DNA of 58,740 nucleotides, counting the filler, from Sphacelaria rigidula (lineage: Eukaryota), in assembly GCA_964200075.2 (NCBI GenBank). It is 7 parts of 7 records of this genome, joined end to end, with 100 filler letters (N's around TTAATTAATTAA, not from the genome) between each part and the next. Parts side by side here need not be neighbours in the genome. Positions count along the whole stretch, not along the records: positions 8,408 to 16,714 come from CAXNAA020011583.1; positions 16,815 to 25,120 come from CAXNAA020011584.1; 5 more parts are not named here. One strand, written 5' to 3'. The notes beneath the pieces are model-generated. The model was given only the letters and a program-made list of their open reading frames with translations, was not told the DNA's origin and ran no database searches. The position numbers and the translations under genes are program-made. Below, piece by piece: positions 11,358-23,788 of the stretch; within the stretch, counting starts at the first letter, position 1; the number at the start of each line of letters is the position of its first letter.

Positions 11358-14300
11358 ATGCTCCAACTGTTGCGTCCAATGCAGGTGGCAGCAGCCGGAG
11401 TACGCTTTTGCAGCGCGACTTCTGAGGGAAATGATGTGAACGGCGCCAAAAATGCTCTGCTAAGGGCGCAGGTGCGTGCGTCGTACACGTGACCCCACAT
11501 CAGTCGAGATCTCGAGGTATCTCGCTTTAATTGGTCTGTCGATCCGTCTGTGAGTCAAACCAAGTAGTAGGGTAGGAGTACCCGTCGGTGAAGATATTAC
11601 GATCGCCGCGCCGCAACGCTCAGAATATTTTGCTTAGCGCTCAGGTAGGTGGATGTGTGGAGCATACATCACTCGCTATGAAGTCGAGCCCCTTCGCCAA
11701 CCCTTTGACTGCGAGTGGTTCATGTGTACGCCGCGTTTCTTGGATCGGCAGGACGTGTTGTTGTTGTTTCGTCTCATCCAATGATATTCCTGCCAACTAT
11801 CGTCCGTTGTTTTTCACACCCCGGACAGTAGACAACATTTGCAAAAACGTCACGACGTACAGTATCAAGTATTTTTGTCTAACGGGTATAGACTCGTTAC
11901 TGTACGCGGTACGCTTTTTGCCAACGTGAACACCTTCCTAACCTGTGTACGAGCGAGTGTAGATCTTTGTGCTATAGAGATATACTGGATATTAGAAGAA
12001 GTCTCACTTATGCGGCTCCCCATGGGCGTGTATGTGGACTCAAAACAGGCTTTCCCTCGAGGTCAAATGATTGGATGAAGACCCCTCCGCGTACAAACCG
12101 GTTCCACTTCGAGGCAAATCGACGCCCTCGGCACGACTCTATCTCTCGTACCGTACGGCGCGAGCAGTTTGCCTTACAATGAAAGGGTGCAATTTTTCCA
12201 CACACTATGTCTTGCATTTTCTGTCGCTAACGTTTTGTTTTCGGTGGGCAATGTTCTGTCGATACTCACGACACAGACCATGTGGTGTAATCCAGGCAGT
12301 GCGGGATAATGTTCGTGCACCGGAACACCGTTTCGATTGATCGAGTGATTGATTGTCGCTCTGTAGCTGACCCCCCCAAGGATCCAGCCGCGGTCACATG
12401 ATGGACGTACCCGAGACGAAACAAAACTGGAACACTCGCTAAAGAAAAAAGAGGAATCAGAAAAGGTGGGACAGAGCAACAGAGTAAACTAAGACAGAAA
12501 AAGATGATACATGCAGTGAATGAGAAAGGAAGAGAAATGGCCGGCCTCTGCCACATGGCTTCGGCGGAAATGGTCTAGCGCAGAGCCACGATCATATCCA
12601 GTAATGGAAAACAAACGGCCGTGGGAAAATAAAATACTGCGGCTAATCTACTACGACCGCACTATTTGGAGTATGGACCCTCTTATCCATGGACAAACAT
12701 AATGAAGCTGGGTGTCACACTGCTCTGGCATATACCGGTAGAAAGTAACACACACATATTTATATATATAGAAATAGAGAGCAGAGAGGGAGACTACGGG
12801 AGTGGTGAAGCCCAAAGAATTCAGGGCAGCAGAACCGTTGTTCCCGACAAGTGGTGTCGTAGCTCAAATCGTCGTTTCGATCATTGGAGGGTGTGATGAG
12901 TGCATCCGTGCACCCGTGCGGCTTTTCACTGTCGTTGATGTCGCTGCGACGTGCGCCGTGTATGGTCTGAATCTGAAGAGCACGGTGTTGTTCACCAATA
13001 CCATACCTGAATCAGCGTGTCCGCCGCATCAGTACGTACACGTCGTCGATGTCGAATCCACGAGGACATCTTGGAGTTGTCAATTCCGTTGTTGCAGCAA
13101 CATGATCGCATCAACATGACAAGGTTTGCGTCGCCCTCATCGTACAAATACCGTGATCGCCCCAAACAAAAACGAATCAGGCCGTTTGCTTTGATGTGGA
13201 CAGCACCTTGATACAGGAGGAGGGGATCGACGTCTTGGCTGGGTTCAGCGGGGCAGCCGAGGCGGTGGCCGACCTCACGAACAGGTTTGTGTCAGCAGTG
13301 GGGTCCCATCATAGTGAGATGAAACTCACTTGTGACAGGTCCGATCGCTATACTATAATCAAGTACTTGCACTACACCGGTATAGTGCGAGTTCCCAGTA
13401 AAGTCTGAGATCCCAGTATAGGGCGAGTTCCCAGAATAGTGTGGGGGTCCCAGTGTAGTGCGGTCATGCGGGGCTGGCAACCCACCGCATCACTCGTATC
13501 CTGAGACGCTGACTTTATGTACTTGTTTTTGTTTGTAAACAGCGACAAGTGTGTCAGACCAAGTAGGTGAAAAACAGGGTAGGAAATCATGTATGCATGT
13601 ACATATGTGGAGGCCGTGAGACTCCCGGTGACGGTAGCAGCCGTCGAAGGTAGCAGATGATTTTACTCGTATTTTGTAGTCAATTTGTTGCTGTTGTTCC
13701 TGTTGTTGTTTCTCGCCATGATGGGATAGGTGACGCCGTATCTATTCAAACAAAAAAAAAATGTCCAGAGTGCCTCGCACACGTGCCTAATACTGTCGAC
13801 GCCGATGTGGAGGTCGTGAGACTCCCGGTGACGGTAGCAACCGTCGAAGGTGGCCGATGATTTTCCTCGTGTTGTGTAGTCGAGGATTGTCCGTAAGTCG
13901 TGGGGTTCAGGCAGATAGATCACTCGGGAGAGGTCGACGAGCGCGAGCGAGTCAGCCAGCGAGAGAGTGATCCCCGGGGTTTTGCCAGTAGTTGCCGGAA
14001 ATATCCCTATCCCCCCTAGATCCGGCTGTACAGGAATGGGAGTTTCGGAACTCCAGGCAATCAAAACTGCACCTGTAACGACCGTTGACTAGGTTACAGG
14101 GCATGGCAGGAAATCTCTCCGCACATACCAAAATGGAGATCTACATATATATATGTATGTATGTATGTACGCCATCAAGCATATAAAGCATATATGCTTC
14201 GAAATACAAGGCGCGCAAAAGTTGACGCCTGTGCCATGCGCTTTTGTATCGCAAACTGTCTTCTCCGCAAATTTTTTTTGTCCGGGCATTCGCACACCGC

Positions 14301-16364
14301 AGATATTTTTTCGTAGTTTCCTGTGTCACGATTCTATGACACTTTTTTTCAAATCTGTCGTGTTTTTCGCGGCTCTTCACATGACCGGCGTTACATTTAC
14401 GCTTGTCTGTTTGACGTGTCCATGTTCGTGAACCGATGAAGAAATGCGGTCATGTGATTTTTTCGTTTTTTCCGTCCGGTTCAAGTAAGGTTCATGTGAG
14501 ACATGTGCCTGGTTCGCAGACGGTCATGCCAGATTTTCGCTTTTGCGGTCCGGTCTTAACGATGGTCATGTGACACCTCTGCCCGATTCAGGAATGGTCA
14601 TATGTGAAAGCTTGCTCTGCCCGTGAAATAGCCCTGATATTTTTCACACCCTGGATAATGACACTATGTTACACTGTAAAAAAAGTGTAGTGCGTACAGT
14701 ATGGAATCTATTGTTTATTGCAGTAAACGCAATAGTCGATACTGTACGTAGTACACTTTTTGACAATATATTATCCAGGGTGTGATATTTTTTAACTCCT
14801 CCCCTTGCTCGGGGAAATTGCTGAGGTCAAATTGAAGACGTACCCTAGTGCATCTTTTGGTTGTTTCCGACTCGTATTGATAGTCATCTGCTCAATCGGA
14901 TGAGGTGATTGGTCTCTTGTACGGTGCACTTGTTTAATCGCAAGTACTTATTTTTTAACCACCACAGCACGGTACAGTAGGACATGTGGACACATTCATC
15001 GCCCTGCATACCAGCCGGTCGTTGAGACAAAAAGTGGGCTTAGTTCTCATTCGCGTGCAAGTTTCGCTCCTCGTGTCCTTTTGAAATCTTTTCCTGACCG
15101 TGTATTTGTTGGGAAAGTGCAGGGCGATGGGGGGATCGATGCCTTTTCAAGACGCGCTGAAGGCCAGGCTGGATCTCATGAAGCCATCCAGAAGCCTGGT
15201 TGCCACGTGCCTTACGGAACATCCGCCGAGGTTATCACCAGGTACTATCGTTTGGGTTTCGCTCCTGGTCATTTTATTTGATTTCATATGTTGTTGCTGT
15301 TGTCGCTGTTGCTGCTGTTGTTGCTGTTGCTGCTACTTGTATTCCGCTCCGCTCCGTTTATTTTCTCTTGACTTTCTTGTATTTCGACGTCGAAGTGGCA
15401 GTGCGTGAAAGGTGGCGTGTAAGAGATGGTGTACATATACTGTGTATACAATGCAGAGCCAGCCTCTTACACACACTACCAGCGTCAAGAAATAAAATGT
15501 GTGATGCTTTCCTAGTACTGTTGCAGTGACCACGTTCTCATGAAACAAACGCATCGCACACTGAATTTCTCACAGTAGGCATGACAGCACAGCCAGAGAA
15601 CTAGAAGCATATGTGTGACGAGCGACGAGAACGATCCGGTACTCGGAAGTTCGTTCGTAATACTACACGAGCTAGACGCCAATTTTTTGTGCTATGCTTG
15701 CATGTTCACTGTACTATGCAGTGTACAGAACAAGATAAATCTTCAAATGACGCCTATGTTGGCGATTGAGCGCCGGTTTCCGCCCAGCGGATTGTGCCAC
15801 CACCTCGTAAGTAGTTGTTGTACCGTACTGTACCCTCCGAGAGGGTTCCAGCTTATGATTTCGATATTTCGGGCGCCCCATTTGACTCTTGACTGGACAG
15901 ACGAGTTCCCGAACAACCCACAAGAAAACCTGGAGTTCTCCGAATAAGCACGTACCGATCTAAAGAGAAACACGATATCTTGGGGGGCTTGTCTGACGAA
16001 TCGGTCGTCTGACCTAAAGCGAAACTGAACGCATGAAATATGGGGAAGGTGCGCTGGAATCCTTTCCGAGATTACAGGAAGTCTTTTTGAGATTGTACAA
16101 TCTACCCAGCCACGAATTCGGGCGAAAATCGCTCAAGTCGACACAGTGAGCTCTTTTTGAGAGATTTGTCTTCGTGGTACAAGAACCGGCCGTAGTGTCC
16201 AAGCATCTGGAGAATAACCTCGTCTCAAGGTCTGCATTTTTTTTTTGAGTACTGCGCTACTATTTTTGCCGTGTGTGTTGGTTTCGGCAGGGATCGAGGA
16301 GCTGGTGGGACTGTTGCACGGGCGAGGAGTTGTTGTGTATCTTGTGTCGGGAGGATTCCGTCTG
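11358..16364 (+). CDS. PSPH: Phosphoserine phosphatase (HAD family), 5' four exons; 3' part lies off the contig
   Basis: Exons 11358-11471, 13181-13284, 15123-15241, 16291-16364 join in phase: ...KNALLRAQ|AVCFDVDSTLIQEEGIDVLA...DLTNR|AMGGSMPFQDALKARL...PRLSPG|IEELVGLLHGRGVVVYLVSGGFRL. This contains HAD motif I (DVDST) and motif II (VSGGF). Confidence 0.95.
12346..12560 (-). mobile_element. 3' tail of a LINE/SINE-like retroposon family
   Basis: gattgattgtcgc...ctgacccccc.ag..tccagccg.ggtc.catgat.gacgtaccc. Homologous copies at 34048-34390 (-) and 53240-53580 (+); diverged copies near 30975-31095 and 32300-32470. Confidence 0.7.
13605..13870 (+). repeat. About 65-bp direct repeat, two copies 200 bp apart
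   Basis: atgtggagg.cgtgagactcccggtgacggtagca.ccgtcgaaggt...gatgatttt at 13605 and 13805. Confidence 0.85.
14645..14784. mobile_element. 140-bp MITE, TIR CACACCCTGGATAAT, 8-bp TSD ATATTTTT
   Basis: atattttt|cacaccctggataat ... attatccagggtgtg|atattttt. Confidence 0.9.
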
Positions 16365-18390
16365 GTGAGTCGAGGTGCCCCTGTAGTTCCTCAAGACGGA
16401 AATTAAAACACCAGCAGCAGGCTGACATCTGCGCTCGACGAGTTCAGCACGCTGTCAGAAGCATTGATTTTGTGGAACAAGACCCGACGTTGCTCGCATA
16501 GCATGGAGGGGAAGAGAGGGGCGGGGGGCGGGGGGCGGGGAGATACTATTTCGCACGAACACTACTGTGACACGTAGACTTCACCAACCCCTCCCTCACG
16601 AGATTGTGATGGAAAACCTTCTTTGTCTCCCAATAATTCTGTAAAGGGGGAGGGTACTCATAATCATGCATGCCATAGTCATCAGACCATCGACCTCGCA
16701 TCCCTACAAAGCCGNNNNNNNNNNNNNNNNNNNNNNNNNNNNNNNNNNNNNNNNNNNNTTAATTAATTAANNNNNNNNNNNNNNNNNNNNNNNNNNNNNN
16801 NNNNNNNNNNNNNNGGCAACGGGTGGCAGGAATGTTCCAACATGCTACACATTTAAACTTTTCGTCTCATTATCGGAACCGGCGCAGCGAGACCTGTTAT
16901 GAATAAAACCTCACTCTCAATCGTACTTTCAACGCTCGATTTCACGGAAACATTGTTGGGTTTGCCGGCAGGATTTTGCATCAATGTGCGAGGTAAGCGT
17001 TTTGTCCATTAATGATGCAGACAAACCCGGACGCTGAAAGCCAAGAAAAAAGCCTGCTCTCAAACGTATACTAGATTCTCAATCTCACGAAAACATTGTT
17101 ATAGCCCCCCTCCCGTTCACCACGACGAGAGGCCACACGCTGGATGACCTTCAGGACTCTCCTGAAAGAAATATAGCACTGAGATGGACTACCCACACAC
17201 GGGGGATATAGGCAATCTGGGGAACCAGCATCAATGTCGCCTAACGAAAAGAAAGCCGTGACCAACCTAGACCACCCTCATCGTCCAAATGTCAAACATG
17301 CGTCTGCGACAACCAACCGAAAGCTCAACATTACGGAAGAAGAATGTACTACACATAGGAGTGGGCCTAGAAACATTTCGGCAACCCAGACAACAAGCGT
17401 GAATATAAGGGAAAAAAGCTTCATAATCTTTAATTGAAATTATATATCTTCAATTTAATGCTATTCTACTTTCATTCGGTTCTAATATTCCTATACAATT
17501 ACTTCTCATAATGTCGTTTCCCACATAATAGTATACCACATACTTATGCCCAGCTGTGTATTTACCATGAATTAGTTACTCCATTTCCTCGCGGAATCTC
17601 TTGTCAGTCTTATTTCCTTTTTTAATATATAGATCGCATTAACACGACCGGATCCGGGGGATGTCAGTGCAGGCGACACTACCAACCAAATAAATCAAGA
17701 AATCACCCATACTGTAGCAAGAATCCGGTTTGACAAATTGAATAGTTTAAGAGATGAGAAGCAACGCATACCATGCGTCACAGCCTACATCGCAGAAGCT
17801 ATTCACCCAATTTTTTCAGAATACACCATAAATCGCCGCACAACATACAAACATCGACAAACGCTACATCACATAAGACATGGTAACTTCTGGGCCCCCA
17901 AGGACGACGAGACAAATGGCCAGTTTCTTGAACCGACGAAATGCCACAAAGTAACTATTACCACATGCTCATCACAGCGACCCAAAAATGACTAGACCGA
18001 CATAACTCGGAGTAACACTGGTTGCTGACATTGGTGAAGATGATAAGCCGACCGTGAAGTGGTGGACCCGCTCCCTTCAGTGCCCGCGATCATTTTTTAC
18101 AGCGCACGTTTGGAACCGAATACGATATGGCGAGAACAAGAGAATGATATAAGAGTAGAAGTATACGGCGAAAATAAAATAGGATTTGGAAGTACATGTC
18201 CATATCGACCTGAAGCACAACATCGCTCAGCATTTATTAGCATGAATCTCCATATATCAACATCGACTAATTAGACCGGATAGCATAATGCAATTGACAT
18301 CCACCAACAATCACATCTCATTCGAGTCGTGAAATCCAAGACGAACCTACCGCCCAAACGGCGGTTCGCAAAACCGACGACGAGACAAAC

Positions 18391-21300
18391 ATGATGCATC
18401 AGTTACCCAATATTCTTGCAAGTGGACATCATATACGCATTATGGAGCCTGCGTCATCAGCCGCACCAGCACGGAGACATTCTAGATCCGATGCTATACA
18501 GCGGAAAATCTTGGAATCTATCGACAACGCCGTAACGACCCTACGTGAAAGGAATGAGGATGGCGAATCAGAGGAGGATGATGCCATCCGAGACAGGGTT
18601 ATCAAGACGCTCATCGACCACAGACACTTTAAGACATTTCGTAAGAAGAGTGTAGTCCATGCCGCTGGGCCATCGAATGAAGATATGGTGGCGGTCGTCG
18701 AGGCCATCGAGGAGATAAACCAATGGCTATCTACTCCCGCCATTGTAGCCTCGAAGGCAGGGTCGCGTGCTCGTCGAGTACTCGGCGCAGCAATATCGGC
18801 GAGTGGAGTATCACACGGAGCCCTCGCCCAAGCAATCGGGCCACTACAGAGAACGTTCGTGGGAGAGTGTTCAACCGGAAGAAAATGAGCACTGACTGCC
18901 GGAGACGCCGCTGAATTGTAAGTGCAAGTACGAAAGATGTACACCAGCGGCATCCGATATCGCGTACGGAAACAGTGGCGAGTGTGTGGAAAGAGGCCGA
19001 CACCAGAATAGCGAGCGACGGCCACCCATGACATGCATGCATTCGTCAATAGATAAATCGGCTTTATTCCGGGATCATGCCAATGACATTGTTCCTCTCA
19101 CTGTCTATCGTATATAGACCTTCTCAAAAAGACCCCCTTCATTCGCGACAGAGCAGGAAAACGGCGGAGACGTTGTGACTGCGTCGAGATCCGGAATCCC
19201 AAGGCAACAGCGATGACAGCCGACGTCATCGACGATAACACGCAACCATCTCCCTGTGACACGAAGACGAAACACGACTTCAGTGTAGAACGGCATCGCC
19301 GATCCCCTGTAGACCGATCCCTCCAATGCCTCCAGCCTGACAGATGCCCTACGGTGGGCGTGCGGTTTCTGCTGGGCTCCGAGACTGACCTACACGAGAA
19401 AGTTAACAATCCCCTACAATAGGCGGTAAGCTCGACGAATTCATCACGTAAGACATATACAGTGCAGCATACTTGTAACATTCGACGTCACCGCCCGATA
19501 TCAAATATGACGTCGTTGTTCGCTCCGGAGCGTATGAGAATGCAGCTTACCGTCGACACTCCACTAGTGAACGAGGATATGACGCCCTATATCCACAACG
19601 CATGGACGAGCTTACGTAACAAAGTTTAACAGAGTTGACGCAGCAGCATGTGACACCCGACCTGCGAGTCCATCATATGCTAACCCGCATGGAAGGAGTG
19701 TCATACCGTGTTAGACCAGCCCTCCCGCCGTGGACCTAATGTGAAACATCACCGTGTTACTTTCCCGCGCTGCCGCCTCCGCGATGACCACATAGTTCCG
19801 GGAGGGAGGAGTGGAGACTGGTCAAATATCAAGATCTACCTTCGCGAAGTTAATGCCATTCAATGTAGTCAAACAGACTGCGAGATGCTGTCTGTGCCCA
19901 CATTGCTACAAGGGTAAGCTGATCATGAGATGGCTCGTGCGAATGTGGCCACGACTTCACTGCGGCGAGACTGCTGGGTCGCCATGCACATGCCAGTGTG
20001 ACCCTTGCGCCAACGGCGGATGCAGAGCTTTCCTGCCAACTATGAGCGTTAAAGACGTCCACAGCATGGGAGAGCTCTGCGACAAGCTCCTCTGTGAGAA
20101 GGTGGAGCTATACACGACCACGGGAGGGAGTGAGGTCACAGCACCCCTGAACGCATGTGTAACGGGATCATGCGGAGAATGCGACAAACGTCAACGGCTC
20201 TTCTTCGACTGCCCTCGTCATCGACAGTCTGCGGAAGATATGGAGAGTATACCGGACATCGTTCGAAGACCAGAGATGAATTTGGAGGCGTTTGTCCCTG
20301 TGAATGAGAAGGGGAACGAGATTCGGCGACCGCAAAGGCAGGGCAGACGTCCCCGAGCCTACGATGACAGCGACGGCGATGAGTCATGGGAGCTTCAAGG
20401 AACGGGGACGCAAACACAATCTCGAAAGGTATGTTTTACGTTAATGTGATCCAGATGGACAGAGTGATCTTACGATAGAGAAGGGGGGGGGGGGTCTTGG
20501 GCGTCTTCCTGCTTCACGAAAACAAAATTCGAACCGTGCTCAACAGCAGTAACGGTTTTTAGATTATTGACCTCATTATTTCTGATCAAAGCTCATGCAC
20601 ACATCCATATACAACGCTTTAAGTCGAATACAAGCGCACCGCGAGTGTTGCAGGTCGTCAGCCACACACATGAAACTGTTCTGTCATGCCATCAACCCCC
20701 ACTCCCCTTTTGTAGTAAGATTCCACATACGATGGTGTCATCACAATGTGTAAACCGCTGGTACGCAGCCGCTGGGACGGATCAATCGTAGACCTTCAAA
20801 AGCGACCACTCCAAATCTCGCCACACGCGCCAATGCTCGAGACGGCCACCTCTCGAGGGAAACAATCGTCACCACCCCCGATCGTTCAAGCAACATTCGT
20901 TTCCTTGGTATATGTCGAGCATTGCCCGCATGACCAAATTCACCACGTAGATCAACATTCATCGCATCCAGACTCTGTCGATAATGCATGTTGGTATCAC
21001 CAAATATACGCATTCCCACTCGCGTAGAATCTCGCGAGTTTCACCACTGAGAATAAGAAAAACAAACGCAGTGCATAATCCGACACATAATCACCACATA
21101 CACCGCATTTATCAAAGCCATCCAAGCCTGTAGTCATTCAATACGTTTTCCGCTCGCCTAGCTTACCCTCCTGAGACCAGTTTTCGAAACCGGGAATGAT
21201 GGCACCACACGTGAATATCGACATGAATTACCGCGGAAATGAACACGGAAGAAGCGTAGCTGCAATCCCTTCCTCAGTGGCGGTTGCCGTGAACGATGAT

Positions 21301-23788
21301 AAAGTGAGGTACACATATCCTGCAGACCCCGGCCTACGAGACGAACGCACTGGAACCCATCTCACGATTGTCTCCACCACATACCATTCGTCCGTGAACT
21401 TTCTTTGGTCGAATCAGGCGGTGGTGTGGAGGAGTGGTTCTGTGATTGACTTGTTCAAGGATGTGAGGTCCACTGCGGAACGCCTATTCCCTCACCGACG
21501 ACGAAACCAGCTTCAGCGTGTGGCTATCAATGAGTTGACTCGAAGATGGAGACGTGATCACGGTGGCAGACTTCCAAGAGCTATACACGTGACGAGCAGG
21601 ATGAGGTTCAATCCCAACACTTGAATCGCGATTCCACAACTCTGTTTTCGGTCCCAGGTTTTTCATGCTCAACGGTAAGGTATGGGTTTACTCGTTTGTT
21701 GTGCTGAGCGACGACAAATCGCGAGACAATGCCTGGGTACAACACACCTTTACCCGACTACTACAGACAGAAATACCATCCATGCTTGAGAGAGTCGGAG
21801 CCACACCCATGACGCGTGTGACTGTTGTGACGGACAATTGCGGGAAACAGTTTAAGTGTGCGACGTCATTTGGGCACATCAGTGACTGTGAAGTGTACGT
21901 CATCGACCAATCGGGCAGCCGTATCCACATCGAAGCACACTACTTTGCCGCCTGCCACGGCAAGCGCGTGTCAGACAGCGAAGGCGGCGTGGTGAAGACA
22001 TTCGCCAGGAATTAGGTCCATACGGTGCGAATGCGGATCCTGAGCTCCTTCGAACTCTTCGAGAAACTTGCGCCTGAGCTAGACTTCGAGCTTCGAGAAG
22101 TCCACAAGACTACGGCGCAGGACTTCTCCGGGAAGATAGGTGGTGGGCAGCTGCTGATGGCGAATACCAGAAAGGTGAGTGTCTTTGTCACATCGCCTGC
22201 TGCAAAGGGTACAATGCCGTGCATCTCTGCACATGAAGTAGCGCTCGCGTGCGTATTACGTGCATTAGTGATGCGAGAGGCCGTGCACGACCCAAAGCCT
22301 CGCCATTTGATTGACAGTGCCATCATTATATGAAGTTATACTGATCTCAATCATACACCCCGTTTTGTCTGCTCGTGTGTATGTGCAACTCAGGGCGCGA
22401 ATGACCCCAACGACGAAACGACAACATTCGCGCTGACAATACAGAAGAATACACTCCTCGGACGGAAGATGATGTTCGTCCGAGAAACGGATGTGGCGGC
22501 AACACGCCCATCTGAACCATCGCCACTTCGGGCTATCCTCGTGACCGGTTGCATGTCGCAATCTCGGATCGCCGCAACGTCCACCCCGGGAGTGGTGGCA
22601 GCATACCAGCTATCGTGCCGGTGAGACTCTAGCCACAGAAGCGTAGGGGGTGTGCTACAAAACGTTTCTGCCTGAGATGACGTGATGAATAGTAGCTAGG
22701 AAATTGTGTCGACTAATAGATGAGATCAGGCGAAGAGCAAACACAACCGGGCGCCACACAAAGAGCACATGGGCTGCTATCCGTGAATAGCGACTGTCTC
22801 TCGCCACTTGTTATCAATAGACAAACAACAGGAGGACTTCTACTGACTCTGAGAACCACTCGACCCACCTGGACTGCTTCCCTGTTCTCAGAGAAGGTGC
22901 CACAGATGCCGCACTGGCCAGGGGCACATGTGTCCACTGATCCGGCAAGGAGTGATTCCGGCACCAGTGGAATGGGCGCGGCGCACAGACCGGGATGAGC
23001 CAGTCAGTACACGGGAGCTGGAACTGGAAGACACTTTCCGGCGCATGGAGTGTCAACTGCCTTACGGTTCTACCGCGCTCATGCGCGTTAATCCTAGCGA
23101 AAACGGGGGCCGGGACCTTGTACCTGTTGTGATCGCGCGAAGATCGCCATGCCCATGGGAGAGGGCGTTCTCGTCCGACGGTATGTTCACTCCTGGGGAC
23201 ATCATGGTTTGGATTCACGATATACATTCAATGGCGAGTGACAGACAAGGACCACGGTCTTACGTGTCGTCTGATACCGTGAGCAACGACAACCAGCGAG
23301 CTGTCCCCCTCGCGACCATCGCGTCCCTGGGGATGCCCATGTCTGCATACATGAAGCAGAGCAGGCAGAATTCTTCGATATGGAAGATGAAGACGTCAGC
23401 GGTCAAGAATGCCCGCAGCAATGCCGTATTGATGTCCTTGAATCCTTCACAAGCCTTCATCAACCATGCTGAGGTCGTTCTCGAGGCATCCGATACCCAC
23501 ACTGCTCCCGTCCTCGCGCGCGGCATATACCCCGAGGGAACGTTGCTACAGAGGAAGGTTCGCGCACCGACAGTGTACATAGAGGGCCAACGCCGTGCGA
23601 GGCCAGCTTGGCAAGGGGCCAAAGATTTCACGGGGAAGATTGTGGGGCAAGAGTTCGACACGAAATCTCGCCGATACTCATACGAGGTAAAATGGAGCGG
23701 GGGGACGCCAGGAGAGATAGCCTTAGCGGGGCTTGAGGGCATGATCGACGAGGGCGCAGTTCAGTGGGTGCTTCTGGAGCATCGGTGA
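18391..23788 (+). pseudogene. Spliced Sola2-like DDD transposase gene, disabled (DNA transposon filling most of contig 16815-25120)
   Basis: Segments about 18391-18900, about 19118-19400, 19796-20428, 21418-22174, 22394-22620, 22906-23788. Motifs: ISRSTFAKLMPFNV..CCLCPHC; ADFQELYT..EQDEVQSQH (Asp codon 21569); LSDDKSRD; TDNCGKQFK (Asp 21833); HYFAACHGKRVSDSEGGVVK (Asp 21974); LSCR|CRTGQGHMC. Frameshifts near 21540, 21590 and 21658; in-frame TAG at 22013. The Sola2 label is from recalled motif similarity. Confidence 0.75.

Noticed and set aside
13370..13460. Tiny CACTA-ended element (cactacac...gtgtagtg)
   Set aside because: No target-site duplication and only one copy is visible.
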